Shown one piece after another: positions 1 to 9,368 of a stretch of 64,000 nucleotides of DNA (position 1 is its first letter; each line of letters begins with the position of its first letter). Source of the stretch: Candidatus Multivoradales bacterium (lineage in GTDB: Bacteria; Acidobacteriota; Thermoanaerobaculia; Multivoradales; JAHEKO01); the NCBI GenBank assembly GCA_965248055.1, contig CBDFIJ010000004.1, positions 1,472,001-1,536,000 of the forward strand, given 5' to 3'. The notes beneath the pieces are model-generated. The model ran no database searches. It saw only the letters and a program-made list of their open reading frames with translations, and had not been told where the DNA came from. A program made the translations under genes and the position numbers.

Positions 1-2
1 AC

Positions 3-1676
3 GGAATCTTTGACTTTCTGCACCGCGACCCGGAAACCTTGATCCCGGTTTTCGCCATGGCCGAAGCCACCACTGGCAAACCGATGATGACCTTCGGCGA
101 CTACCAGATTCCCGCTAGCGGTGATTTTCAACTGCTGCGTCGGGGTACCGAGTTTTGGACCACTCTCGAAGAGGCGGGCGTGCCAACCTGGGTTTACCGC
201 ATGCCGGTCAACTTCCCTCCTTCGGGCACTGCGACCCGGGAACTCTCTGGCATGGGCACGCCGGATCTTCTGGGGACCTACGGCACCTTTACCTTCTACA
301 CTTCAGCGCTGTTTTTCGACCAGAACGTCAGCGGCGGCGAAGTGTATGGCTTGGATCTGTGGGAGAGCCGCGCCGAAGGTTCGCTCTACGGCCCACCCAA
401 CCCATTCCGGGTGGACGAGGAAAGGCTGTCGGTACCGTTGGTGGTCTCGTTTGACGAAAAGGAAGAAATCGCCGAAGTCGACATCAACGACGGCGAAAGC
501 CGAGTGGTTCTGCAACCCGGAGAATGGAGTGATTGGGTCTCGGTCAATTTTGAAATGATCCCCACCCAGACGCTGACCGGATCGACTCGTTTTTACCTGC
601 GTTCAGTGCGCCCCGAAGTTGAGCTTTACGCCGCACCGTTGCAAATTGACCCGAACGCTCCAGCAATGCCGATCTCGACCCCGGCCAGTCATGCTCAGGA
701 GTTGGCACAGGCCACCGGCTCGTACTACACCCAAGGCATGCCGGAAGACACCAAGTCGCTCACCGAGGGCGTGTTCAGCCGCGACGAATTCCTGGCCCAA
801 GCGGGCGTCGCGCACCAAGAGTTAGTCGATCAATACGAATATCTTCTGGATGAGCACCGCGGTGGGTTGTTGTTCTACTACTTCGGCAACCTCGATCAAG
901 TTTCGCATGTGATGTGGGGTTCGATGGATCCAGAGCATCCGTCCTATGACCCAGAAATCGACCCCAAATACGCCGAGGTGGTCCCCAAGCTCTACCGAGA
1001 AGCGGATCGCATCATCGGCTACACCCTGGACCATATGGCCGAGAACACAACCCTGGTGGTGATGTCCGATCACGGATTCGCCAGTTGGCGTCGTGCGTTC
1101 AACCTCAATTCTTGGCTGCGCGACCGGGGCTATTTGGTGGTCAAAGACAACAACTTGACCAACGAGCCGAGTCTGTTTCACAACGTCGACTGGAGCCAAA
1201 CCCGCGCCTACGGCGCTGGCTTTAACGGCCTCTACATCAATCAACGTGGCCGGGAATCCAGCGGCATCGTCGACCCCTCGGTGACTGACGAGTTGTTGGC
1301 TGAGATCGGCGATCGCTTGTTACAAACCCTCGATCCGGTAACCGAGTTGCCAGCGGTCACCCGCATCTACAAGTCCGATGAATTCTTTCGCGACCGCGGG
1401 CAATTGGAGGTTGGGCCGGACATGTTGGTGGGATACGCCAAGACCGTGCGCGGATCCAATGAAGGCGCCTTGGGGCAACTCACTGCCGACGTCATGTTCG
1501 ACAATATGGGCGAGTGGTCGGGCGATCATGCAATGGACCACACCACCGTGCCCGGCATTTTCTTCAGCAACCGCAAGTTGTCCAAGGAAGCCAACAGCTT
1601 GAAGGATCTAGCGGCCGCAGTGGTCGCGGAATTTGGGGTTGCAGAGTTTCCACCGGCGCCGGACGACAACCGATAA
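3..1676 (+). CDS. Alkaline phosphatase superfamily / type I phosphodiesterase-nucleotide pyrophosphatase (5' partial)
   Basis: Frame is open from the window edge (GIFDFLHRDP). Motifs LDQVSH, VVMSDHGF, WSQTRAY and SGDH. Confidence 0.85.
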   Translation, partial: GIFDFLHRDPETLIPVFAMAEATTGKPMMTFGDYQIPASGDFQLLRRGTEFWTTLEEAGVPTWVYRMPVNFPPSGTATRELSGMGTPDLLGTYGTFTFYTSALFFDQNVSGGEVYGLDLWESRAEGSLYGPPNPFRVDEERLSVPLVVSFDEKEEIAEVDINDGESRVVLQPGEWSDWVSVNFEMIPTQTLTGSTRFYLRSVRPEVELYAAPLQIDPNAPAMPISTPASHAQELAQATGSYYTQGMPEDTKSLTEGVFSRDEFLAQAGVAHQELVDQYEYLLDEHRGGLLFYYFGNLDQVSHVMWGSMDPEHPSYDPEIDPKYAEVVPKLYREADRIIGYTLDHMAENTTLVVMSDHGFASWRRAFNLNSWLRDRGYLVVKDNNLTNEPSLFHNVDWSQTRAYGAGFNGLYINQRGRESSGIVDPSVTDELLAEIGDRLLQTLDPVTELPAVTRIYKSDEFFRDRGQLEVGPDMLVGYAKTVRGSNEGALGQLTADVMFDNMGEWSGDHAMDHTTVPGIFFSNRKLSKEANSLKDLAAAVVAEFGVAEFPPAPDDNR

Positions 1677-1698
1677 AGATTGGACCAAGGAGATCAAC

Positions 1699-1896
1699 GT
1701 GCTCGGAGCCTACGAAAAAGTCAAACTCGACAAAGAACTGATGGCCAAGATCCGCCGCTACGCGGAGCTGGCTGGCTATTCATCGCCCGCGGAGTTCATT
1801 ACCCACGCGTTGGAGAAGGAACTCTCACAGCTAGAAGACGCGACCTCGGAAGAAGAGATTAAGAAGCGACTTCAGGGGCTGGGCTACATCTCCTAA
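1699..1896 (+). CDS. Small ribbon-helix-helix-like protein with C-terminal RLxxLGY tail
   Basis: AAGGAG RBS before GTG at 1699. KVKLDKELMAKIRRYAELAGYSSPAEFITHALEKEL resembles a CopG/RHH fold. Ends KRLQGLGYIS. Confidence 0.65.
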   Translation: MLGAYEKVKLDKELMAKIRRYAELAGYSSPAEFITHALEKELSQLEDATSEEEIKKRLQGLGYIS

Positions 1897-1950
1897 GGCT
1901 ATGCCTTCTAAGGTGATATTTTCTAAGGATTACGCGAGTCGAATCTAGTT

Positions 1951-2772
1951 ATGAACGCAGTAAACGCGATTTTGGCACGTCTGGTTGACGCAGCGTTGGC
2001 CCCGATGGCGGCTTGGCCCTGGTGGGTTGGGGTCGCCGTGGTCACCTTTGTCATCACCTTGATCGCCATGCCGATCATCAAGTGGACCCTCAATCCCAGT
2101 CTTGCAGATCGCATGAAGCGCAACCTGCACGCCTCGATCTTCGAACTGCGTCTGTTCAACGACAGCCTGCCGGCAACCTTCAGGGCAATCTTTGGCATGC
2201 TGCGCTGGACCGGCGGTTATCTGGGCTCCTGGTTGTTGCCAATCTTGATCATGGCGGTACCCATGCTGCCGCTGTTTTCCCATCTGCATGCCCACTACGG
2301 CTATCAGGGTCTCGAAATCGGCGAGCCGGTGACCGTCACCGCCAAGATCGACACAGAGAGCTTTTCTTTGGAAGACCATGCAAAGCCCAACCTGCAGCTC
2401 ATCGCTTCTGACGGTGTGGAGATAGAAACCCCAGCTCTGTGGGTCGCCACGCGCAAAGAGGCAATCTGGCGCATCCACCCCACCGTCAGCGGCGAGCATC
2501 AACTCACGGTCAAGGTCAACGGCGAAGAAGCCACCAAAACCCTGGCAGTGCTGGATGGCACCGCCCGTAGATCTCCAGTGCGACCGGGCAATTTCCTCGA
2601 TCAACTGCTCTACCCCTCAGAGCCCTCTCTAAACGGCGCGGTTAAGGAAATCTCCGTGCCCTATCCAGAAACCCCGATCGTCCTACTCCTGCCCCTGTGG
2701 GTTTGGGCCCTGCTGCTGTTTTCGATTCCCATCGCCTTGCTGCTGAAAAAGCCGTTTAAGGTCGAGTTCTAG
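1951..2772 (+). CDS. Membrane protein (DUF106/EMC3-like N-terminus, soluble middle domain, C-terminal TM)
   Basis: 273 aa ORF with hydrophobic segments at both ends. Confidence 0.6.
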   Translation: MNAVNAILARLVDAALAPMAAWPWWVGVAVVTFVITLIAMPIIKWTLNPSLADRMKRNLHASIFELRLFNDSLPATFRAIFGMLRWTGGYLGSWLLPILIMAVPMLPLFSHLHAHYGYQGLEIGEPVTVTAKIDTESFSLEDHAKPNLQLIASDGVEIETPALWVATRKEAIWRIHPTVSGEHQLTVKVNGEEATKTLAVLDGTARRSPVRPGNFLDQLLYPSEPSLNGAVKEISVPYPETPIVLLLPLWVWALLLFSIPIALLLKKPFKVEF

Positions 2773-2962
2773 TCTCGACCTACTCATCGTTTCTTGTCAT
2801 CCGAAGGCCTTTCGTCGGAAGGCAGACAAGTGTCGCGTCCGACCGGAAGGACAAGACTCTGCGAAGCAACCCCTGCCCGGTACCAGCGGCTGAGACAAAT
2901 CGGAGACTAAACAACCAGCCAGCATTCGGACCATAAGTAACAACAGGACAGGAGACCTCCGT

Positions 2963-4498
2963 ATGCCAAAGAGAACGAAACTACGCAATCTCAACAAGGG
3001 TTCTCGATATCGGATCGCACGTGAATGCAAAGGGATACATGTCGATCCACAAACTGCCTTCGTTGGCGGTGCGCACTCGATTGGAATCGGTCGCAAAATC
3101 ACAGCTGGAAGACCGACCAACCAATTAGCAATCCGCCACTATGTGGAGAAGAAACTGCCCGAGAGCCAGCTTTCCGCCGAACAAGCATTGCCTAAGACCT
3201 ACCGGTTCTACTCGCGATCAGAAGACCGTAACGTCTCGATTACCACTGATGTCATTGAAAGCCCGCGCCCTGAGCTGGAGGTTGACCCCAAAGACCGACT
3301 TCGCCCGGCGCCGGGAGGCTGCAGTATTGGAACACCACCTCCACCAGGGTTTGCCAACGCTGGGACTCTCGGTGGATGGGTCTGGGATCTAGAGGACGAC
3401 AGCATCGTTATGCTGAGTAATGAGCACGTCCTCGGGACCACCGCAGGAGTCGGAATCGTGCAGCCAGGAACACTCGATGGTGGCGTCTTTCCTGGGGACA
3501 GAATCGGCGAGGTAAAACGAGGTATTCCGCGTTCCACAACAGCAGTCAATACCGTCGACTGCGCGATCGGAGATCCACAATCAACCGACATCTACCAGGC
3601 CCAAGTTATTGATATTGGGCACGCTGTCTACGCGACCGAAATCGCTGCGTTGGATATGAAAGTCGAAAAATTCGGTCGTACCACCGAGCGCACCTTCGGC
3701 GAAGTCACGGATATCGACGTAACAACTTCGCTATCCAGCGGGCACACGTTCACCGATTGCATCCGTGTCGATGCAATCAGCCCAAGCCCCGACTGGTCTG
3801 CTGGCGGCGATTCGGGTTCCTTGGTGTTCTCGCGCATGACGATTGAGGACTCTGAGGTCAAGCCGGTCATCGGGCTCCACTTTGCCGGTGCTAGCACTCA
3901 CGGAATCGAATGCAAAATTCAAAACGTCTTTTCGGCACTCAATCTCACCACGCTTTGCAGTGGAGCCTTCGCCGTGTTCTTGGACTCCCTCTTCGACGCC
4001 GAAGTTACCGGCGAACTAACACAAGCATCGGAACTCAGCCTCGAGGGCTTGGGGAATACCGCCGCTCGTAGGCCGTTGGGGATGATTCCCCCTACCTTGA
4101 TCCGCAAAGACCGAGAGCTACTTCGTTCAACGCGATTTTTCGGTGGTATCTCTCGAGACCTTCAAAGCCGACTTAGCACATCCGTAAGAGGTCGCCAGAT
4201 CACCCAATTAGTCGATCACCATCGCGGTGAACTACTCGACCTATTGATATCCAACGGTGATGTACGCCGGTCCGTTGTTGCAGCCTTCAGGCCGTTGGTC
4301 GCAGGCGCAATCACGACTTCTGATGTCTTCAATCGCACAGTGACCGACCGTGACATCGACAATCTGCAGAAACTCTCGGTCGAAGTCATGAAGGTAGTCT
4401 CCAGTACCAAACTGAAAGCATCGCTTAAAATGCTGCAAGCAGTCGGCGCTAAGGCTGAAGGAAAACGGCTTGGTCAGATTTTCGGCATCAAAGGTTAG
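2963..4498 (+). CDS. Nal1-like trypsin-fold serine protease with N-terminal prodomain and C-terminal helical extension
   Basis: GTLGG, LSNEHVL (His), VDCAI (Asp), GGDSGS (Ser), IGLHFAG. AGGAG RBS. Confidence 0.85.
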   Translation: MPKRTKLRNLNKGSRYRIARECKGIHVDPQTAFVGGAHSIGIGRKITAGRPTNQLAIRHYVEKKLPESQLSAEQALPKTYRFYSRSEDRNVSITTDVIESPRPELEVDPKDRLRPAPGGCSIGTPPPPGFANAGTLGGWVWDLEDDSIVMLSNEHVLGTTAGVGIVQPGTLDGGVFPGDRIGEVKRGIPRSTTAVNTVDCAIGDPQSTDIYQAQVIDIGHAVYATEIAALDMKVEKFGRTTERTFGEVTDIDVTTSLSSGHTFTDCIRVDAISPSPDWSAGGDSGSLVFSRMTIEDSEVKPVIGLHFAGASTHGIECKIQNVFSALNLTTLCSGAFAVFLDSLFDAEVTGELTQASELSLEGLGNTAARRPLGMIPPTLIRKDRELLRSTRFFGGISRDLQSRLSTSVRGRQITQLVDHHRGELLDLLISNGDVRRSVVAAFRPLVAGAITTSDVFNRTVTDRDIDNLQKLSVEVMKVVSSTKLKASLKMLQAVGAKAEGKRLGQIFGIKG

Positions 4499-4943
4499 GT
4501 CAATTCGTGTCATCGCGATCGGCGTCATTGTTGTATCAATCTGTTTGGCCTGTGGAAGAAGCCACCCGAGCGATGTAACTACCAACCATCAACAGACGAC
4601 GGAATCCACTGCCGGAACTGGAAAGGAAGTAGTCGCGATGAAGGAGAGTCCAGATTACGAAGTCATTCGCGCCTTTAAGAATCGAAACGCGATCGAACTT
4701 CTCAACAAATACGGCGCACATAGCCTTGGTATCCGCTGGAAGACGGAAGACGGTACGAAAACGAATCAACTGGCGTTGGCGTTCTACGTCGATCCCTTGG
4801 AGACAGAACAGACCATAGAGTCTGTAAGGATTCGTGAGCCGATTCCATCATCTTTTGAGTTTCAGCTGATGCCTGGCGAGGCGAAAATACAAATCCCCAC
4901 AGAGGTGATCCTAGATTCACGCCCACACTTTGAAGAAGAGTGA
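4470..4943 (+). CDS. Lipoprotein homologous to the prodomain of the upstream protease
   Basis: Signal with lipobox ICLA-C. GAHSLGIRWK..TNQLALAFYVD matches protease GAHSIGIGRK..TNQLAIRHYVE. Start codon uncertain. Confidence 0.7.
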   Translation: MVRFSASKVRSIRVIAIGVIVVSICLACGRSHPSDVTTNHQQTTESTAGTGKEVVAMKESPDYEVIRAFKNRNAIELLNKYGAHSLGIRWKTEDGTKTNQLALAFYVDPLETEQTIESVRIREPIPSSFEFQLMPGEAKIQIPTEVILDSRPHFEEE

Positions 4944-4991
4944 TCTGAACGAGGCGACCTAGAGTTGACGGTTGCTAGCTAGTCCACTTAA

Positions 4992-5111
4992 ATCTGCGGC
5001 AAGATTGACTTGCTCATCAGGATTGTCAGCCAACCATAACTCGGTTTCTTGGATCGGAATCGCCCTGGGTTGGCATCGGCGTAACAACGAAGTGTCATCC
5101 GCGGTTTGAAC
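4992..5111 (-). pseudogene. Decayed remnant of a paralog of the sulfatase-like gene 3' end
   Basis: Aligns with 6648-6800. Reads LRCYADANPG/IPIQETELWLADNPDEQVNLAAD with a frameshift and deletions. Confidence 0.75.
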
Positions 5112-5184
5112 AGATGAGCCATCCTCTTTTTTGCAACCTATTGGGGTGGTGGCACCGGTGATCTATGTGTAGTGTTCTTTACCA

Positions 5185-6522
5185 ATGCCGCCCTCTCAAC
5201 TCCCAAGCATCCCGGTCCAACCAGGTCGTGTTGAGAGGGGCCGACAACGATTACCCAACCGGCGGGCGGTGATCGCCTATTGGAGCTTTGCCCACTTCAG
5301 CTTGGCCACCGCTCTGCTCGCGCTGGTCCTGTGGCCAGAGTCGTTCGCCGGGTTTCACTATCACCCGAAGATGGTGGCGGTGGTGCATCTGGTGACCCTG
5401 GGATGGGTGACTTGCTCGATTTTTGGTGCGCTGCACATGGTGGCGCCGATGGCGCTGCGCTCGCCGGTGCGACCTCGGCCCATAGACCTTTGGGGATTCG
5501 CCCTGGTGGCGATCGGCATCGTCGGAATGGTGGCGCATTTTTGGCTCGACACCTCCTCCGGGATGGCGTGGTCGGCGGGCACCGTGGTTGCCGGTTTTCT
5601 GGTCCCGGTTCTGAGATTCTGGCGCGCGGTTACACGGGCGACGATACCGGCCGAGGTCAAGATCCATTTCTACTTTGCGTTCGCCAACCTGGGGCTGGCG
5701 GCGGGCGCAGGGTTGGCCTTGGGAATCCACAAGAACGCGCCGTTCTTGCCCGGTACCCACCTGTCCAATGTTTGGGCTCACGCCCATCTAGCGGCGCTGG
5801 GATGGGCGACGATGATGGTGTTCGCGGTGGGCTATCGGCTGCTGCCGATGTTTCTACCCGCGGCGATGCCGACTGGCAGGGGAGTTTGGTCGTCGGCGTT
5901 GCTTCTGGAAGTAGGGACCCTGGGACTGGCGGTGACCTTGGCACTAGAGAATCGCTGGGCGATCTTTTTCTCTCTGATCGTGGTGTCTGCATTTGCCGCC
6001 TTTGCGGGCCGGGTGGTTTGGATGCTGCGACACCGCAAGCCTGATCCCAAACAACTGATCCGACCAGACTGGGCCACCGTGCAAGCCCTGACCGCCATCG
6101 GCTACTTGTTGATTTCTGCGGTGCTCGGATGTGCGTTATTGATTGCGCCTCCAGCAGCCTGGAAGATCGGTGCTGCAATGGCCTTCGGCACGGTGTTCTT
6201 AATCGGATTTCTGGCGCAAATGGTGGTGGGGGTAGCCGGACGACTGTTCCCCTTAGCGACCTGGTTGTGGTCTTTTGCTGACAGTGACTACCAACAGCCT
6301 CCACCGTCCCCTTTGGCGGTCACTCCCCGTGCTCTTCAAGCCTTGGTGCTGGGTTTGTGGATTCTCGGTGTACCTGTTTTGACCCTCGGTCTCGCGACCA
6401 CATCCCTAGCCGGTATTCGAATCGGGGCCGTCTGCCTGTTGCTGGGAACACTGGCGAGCGCACTGGCGATGCGCGTGTCCGGCTGGCAACTTCAAGCCGC
6501 GCAGTCGCATACCGTTGACTAG
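5185..6522 (+). CDS. Polytopic membrane protein with intramembrane His motifs (NnrS / heme-copper oxidase subunit I-like)
   Basis: About 12 TM segments. VHLVTLGW and AHAHLAALGW repeats. Confidence 0.6.
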   Translation: MPPSQLPSIPVQPGRVERGRQRLPNRRAVIAYWSFAHFSLATALLALVLWPESFAGFHYHPKMVAVVHLVTLGWVTCSIFGALHMVAPMALRSPVRPRPIDLWGFALVAIGIVGMVAHFWLDTSSGMAWSAGTVVAGFLVPVLRFWRAVTRATIPAEVKIHFYFAFANLGLAAGAGLALGIHKNAPFLPGTHLSNVWAHAHLAALGWATMMVFAVGYRLLPMFLPAAMPTGRGVWSSALLLEVGTLGLAVTLALENRWAIFFSLIVVSAFAAFAGRVVWMLRHRKPDPKQLIRPDWATVQALTAIGYLLISAVLGCALLIAPPAAWKIGAAMAFGTVFLIGFLAQMVVGVAGRLFPLATWLWSFADSDYQQPPPSPLAVTPRALQALVLGLWILGVPVLTLGLATTSLAGIRIGAVCLLLGTLASALAMRVSGWQLQAAQSHTVD

Positions 6523-8009
6523 TTCACGTAACCCAAAGCCTCAAGCCGCTTCCGAGTCTTCTTGTCCAAGTCTTGACGCTGGCTGGCACGACCGTAGCCC
6601 GGCCAGGCTTCCAGGTCCGCGCGCATCGTGGCAACTTGCTCGGGAAGATCAGCAGCAAGATTGACTTGCTCATCGGGATCGTCAGCCAACCGATAGAGCT
6701 CAGTTTCTTGAATCGAAATTGCCCCAGGGTCGGCATCGGGATAGCAACGAAGGCCGACGTTCTCGGGGTTGACGACCAAACGCCATCCGCGGTCTTGAAC
6801 TGTCCAGATCGGGTAGGTATCGAAAGCGCTGAATGCCGCTTCGGTTTTGGATTCTGGGTCCAGCAAGTTGGCTCCGGGTATTTCGTTGGCTTCTTCGGCA
6901 GTGTTCTCCCCAGCAGTGTCCTTCCCGGCACTGGCCTCTTCAGCACTGTCCACCGCAGCAGTGCCCACCCCGACACGGCTCACCCCAACCAAATCCAAAA
7001 TGGTCGCCGCCAGGGCGCGGGTCTCGACCAGATGCCTGATCCTGCGTGGCTTCAAGCCAGGAACCCGGATCGCCAACGGAACGCGCAATCCGGCCCGATA
7101 AGAGGAGCAGGCGTGAAAAAAATATCCATCGTGATCGCCCAGTTCTTCTCCATGATCTGCCGACAACACCACCACGGCTTGTTTGAGCGGGCCATCGAGT
7201 AGGGAAAAGACTCTTCGGAGCCGCAAGTCCGCCTGCCATACTGCGCCATCGTAGAGCGCTTCGAGGTAGGAAAGATCCTCTTCATCGGCACTTCTCTCTC
7301 TAGAGAGTCGGTCGAGAACCCTGTTGCTCGCCTTGACCGGACCTCTGTAGTCGGGAAACTTGCGCTGTGCGTGGCCGCGCCCCGGCATGTAGGGACCATG
7401 GGCGGCAAACAGATGAATCCACACCAACTTGGGCTCCTGACTCTCACTTTTTAGCACCTGCATCGCAGCATCGATCACTCGAGAGTCTTTGCTCTGGAAG
7501 CACTCCATAGTGTCCCATTCAAATTGCTCCAGTACCTTGCAGCCGTTAGCAGAGATCGCGTGGGTCGAGTAGCCAGCCCGCTTCATCGCCGAGACCAAAT
7601 TGGCCGGCATCGGCTTGTGGGCTTTGTAGCCGTTGGCCACCACCCCGTGCTGATAGGTGTGCAATCCGGTCAGCATCGAGGCCAAGCTGGGCTCAGTCAG
7701 AGCACGGGAAGCAAGCGCCTCCTCAAAAACCACCGCTTGCGCCAAGAACGCATCGATCCCGGGAGTTTTGGCCTGATCGTAGCCGTACCCGCCAACCCGG
7801 TCAGCGCGCACGGTGTCCAAGGTGATCACGACAACGTCAGCGTTCTTAGCAATCCCTGACAGGGAGTCCTTCGAGCTACAAGCCGACCCTGCCACTGTCA
7901 CCAGTAGAAATGCCGCCAGGACCAGCCCCAGACCGGGCGCTGGCCTCAGACCCGCCCCTCGCACCGGCGCCATCTCGGGCTGTGTCCTGGGTCGAAAGGG
8001 CAACTTCAC
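6519..8009 (-). CDS. Sulfatase-like hydrolase/transferase, lipoprotein
   Basis: ITLDTVRAD, LTEPSLASMLTG, WIHLFAAHGPY, SADHGE, ELYRLADDPDEQVNLA, C-terminal RLEALGY. Lipobox GSA-C. Confidence 0.85.
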   Translation of the reverse strand: MKLPFRPRTQPEMAPVRGAGLRPAPGLGLVLAAFLLVTVAGSACSSKDSLSGIAKNADVVVITLDTVRADRVGGYGYDQAKTPGIDAFLAQAVVFEEALASRALTEPSLASMLTGLHTYQHGVVANGYKAHKPMPANLVSAMKRAGYSTHAISANGCKVLEQFEWDTMECFQSKDSRVIDAAMQVLKSESQEPKLVWIHLFAAHGPYMPGRGHAQRKFPDYRGPVKASNRVLDRLSRERSADEEDLSYLEALYDGAVWQADLRLRRVFSLLDGPLKQAVVVLSADHGEELGDHDGYFFHACSSYRAGLRVPLAIRVPGLKPRRIRHLVETRALAATILDLVGVSRVGVGTAAVDSAEEASAGKDTAGENTAEEANEIPGANLLDPESKTEAAFSAFDTYPIWTVQDRGWRLVVNPENVGLRCYPDADPGAISIQETELYRLADDPDEQVNLAADLPEQVATMRADLEAWPGYGRASQRQDLDKKTRKRLEALGYVN

Positions 8010-8043
8010 GAATTCGATTTCACGAACTCAACTTCACGAATTC
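8002..8043. repeat. 14-bp tandem triplication at the mdh stop / sulfatase start junction
   Basis: aacttcacgaattc - gatttcacgaactc - aacttcacgaattc. Confidence 0.8.
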
Positions 8044-9017
8044 AGCAACTCTTCGACGGCGGCACGCTCTTCGCGCAATTCTCGATCGGTAGCGTCCATC
8101 CGCTGGCGACTGAATTCGTCGACATCCAATCCCTGAACCACTTGGTAGTCGCCACCTTGGCAGCTCACCGGAAAGGAATACACCACTCCCGGCTCGATGC
8201 CGTAGCTGCCGTTCGCCGGGATCGCCATCGAAACCCAGTCGCCTTCAGCGGTGCCGAAGGTCCAGGTGCGCATATGGTCGATCGCCGCTGACGCCGCTGA
8301 CGCCGCCGAAGAAGCGCCCCGAGCCTGAATAATCTCAGCGCCGCGCTTCTGCACCCGCGGAATAAATTCCTCTCGGGTCCAATCCTGGTCCACCAACTCG
8401 CTGGCCGCTCGATCGTCGACCGTAGCGTGAGAAATATCCGGGTATTGACTGGCTGAATGATTGCCCCAGATGGTCATCTTGCGCACATCGTTGGAGTGGG
8501 TTCCGGTCTTGGCGGCCAATTGACCCTTAGCCCGATTGTGGTCGAGTCGCGTCATGGCGGTGAACTGGCGCGGGTCCAAGTCTGGGGCGTTGTCGGCGGC
8601 GATCAAGCAATTGGTGTTGGCCGGATTGCCGACCACCAAGACTCGAACGTCTTTTGAGGCGCAGTCATTGATCGCTTTACCCTGCGGGCCAAAGATCTTG
8701 CCGTTGGCGCCCAAGAGATCGGCCCGCTCCATCCCCGCGCCACGCGGCCGGGCGCCGACCAACAGGGCGTAGTCAGCGTCTTGAAACCCTTCGCTCAAGT
8801 CAGCGGTGGCGACGATGCCCGCCAGCAGCGGAAAAGCACAGTCATTGAGCTCCATCACTACGCCGTTAAGTGCGTTCAGAGCGGGCGGAATTTCGATCAA
8901 ATGCAGAATGATTGGTTGGTCGGGGCCGAGCATGTCGCCAGCGGCAATGCGGAAGGTCAATGCGTAGCCAATGTTTCCAGCCGCCCCCGTGATGGCAACG
9001 CGAACAGGGGTTTTCAT
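8034..9017 (-). CDS. mdh: Malate dehydrogenase
   Basis: [55 protein letters not shown]. Confidence 0.97.
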   Translation of the reverse strand: MKTPVRVAITGAAGNIGYALTFRIAAGDMLGPDQPIILHLIEIPPALNALNGVVMELNDCAFPLLAGIVATADLSEGFQDADYALLVGARPRGAGMERADLLGANGKIFGPQGKAINDCASKDVRVLVVGNPANTNCLIAADNAPDLDPRQFTAMTRLDHNRAKGQLAAKTGTHSNDVRKMTIWGNHSASQYPDISHATVDDRAASELVDQDWTREEFIPRVQKRGAEIIQARGASSAASAASAAIDHMRTWTFGTAEGDWVSMAIPANGSYGIEPGVVYSFPVSCQGGDYQVVQGLDVDEFSRQRMDATDRELREERAAVEELLNS

Positions 9018-9368
9018 AGTTAGTGTCTCCTTGAGATGAGCTGAATAAGTACCTCGGTGAACGAGGCCATCAAGTTTACTGATGATAACGAACCTGACTT
9101 TTCAGCGCTCGGCTTTAGACCCCCGGTAGGAACAAAACTCAACCTCTGAAACAGAAAAATGCCGTCCGACCTTGGGCCCAACGGCGTACTCGAGCAGCTT
9201 AAGCACCGACAGGGCCTCTGAACCACGTAATTCAGCGTCAACTACCAGGGCACCTTCCGCCATTGCGAGATCTTCGATGGTCGTGCTCTGGGGATCGAAA
9301 TGCCATAGCGATTGAGGCTTTTGGACGCTTCCGATCTAGCCCCTATGAAGTCTCTATTGCTGCCCAAT

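Noticed and set aside
2775-2960. Riboswitch or ncRNA upstream of the protease
   Set aside because: Weak hairpin potential only, with no recognisable family motif.
9040-9368. Possible gene fragment left of RAYT copy 1
   Set aside because: Only short frames with no recognisable motif, so a call cannot be supported.
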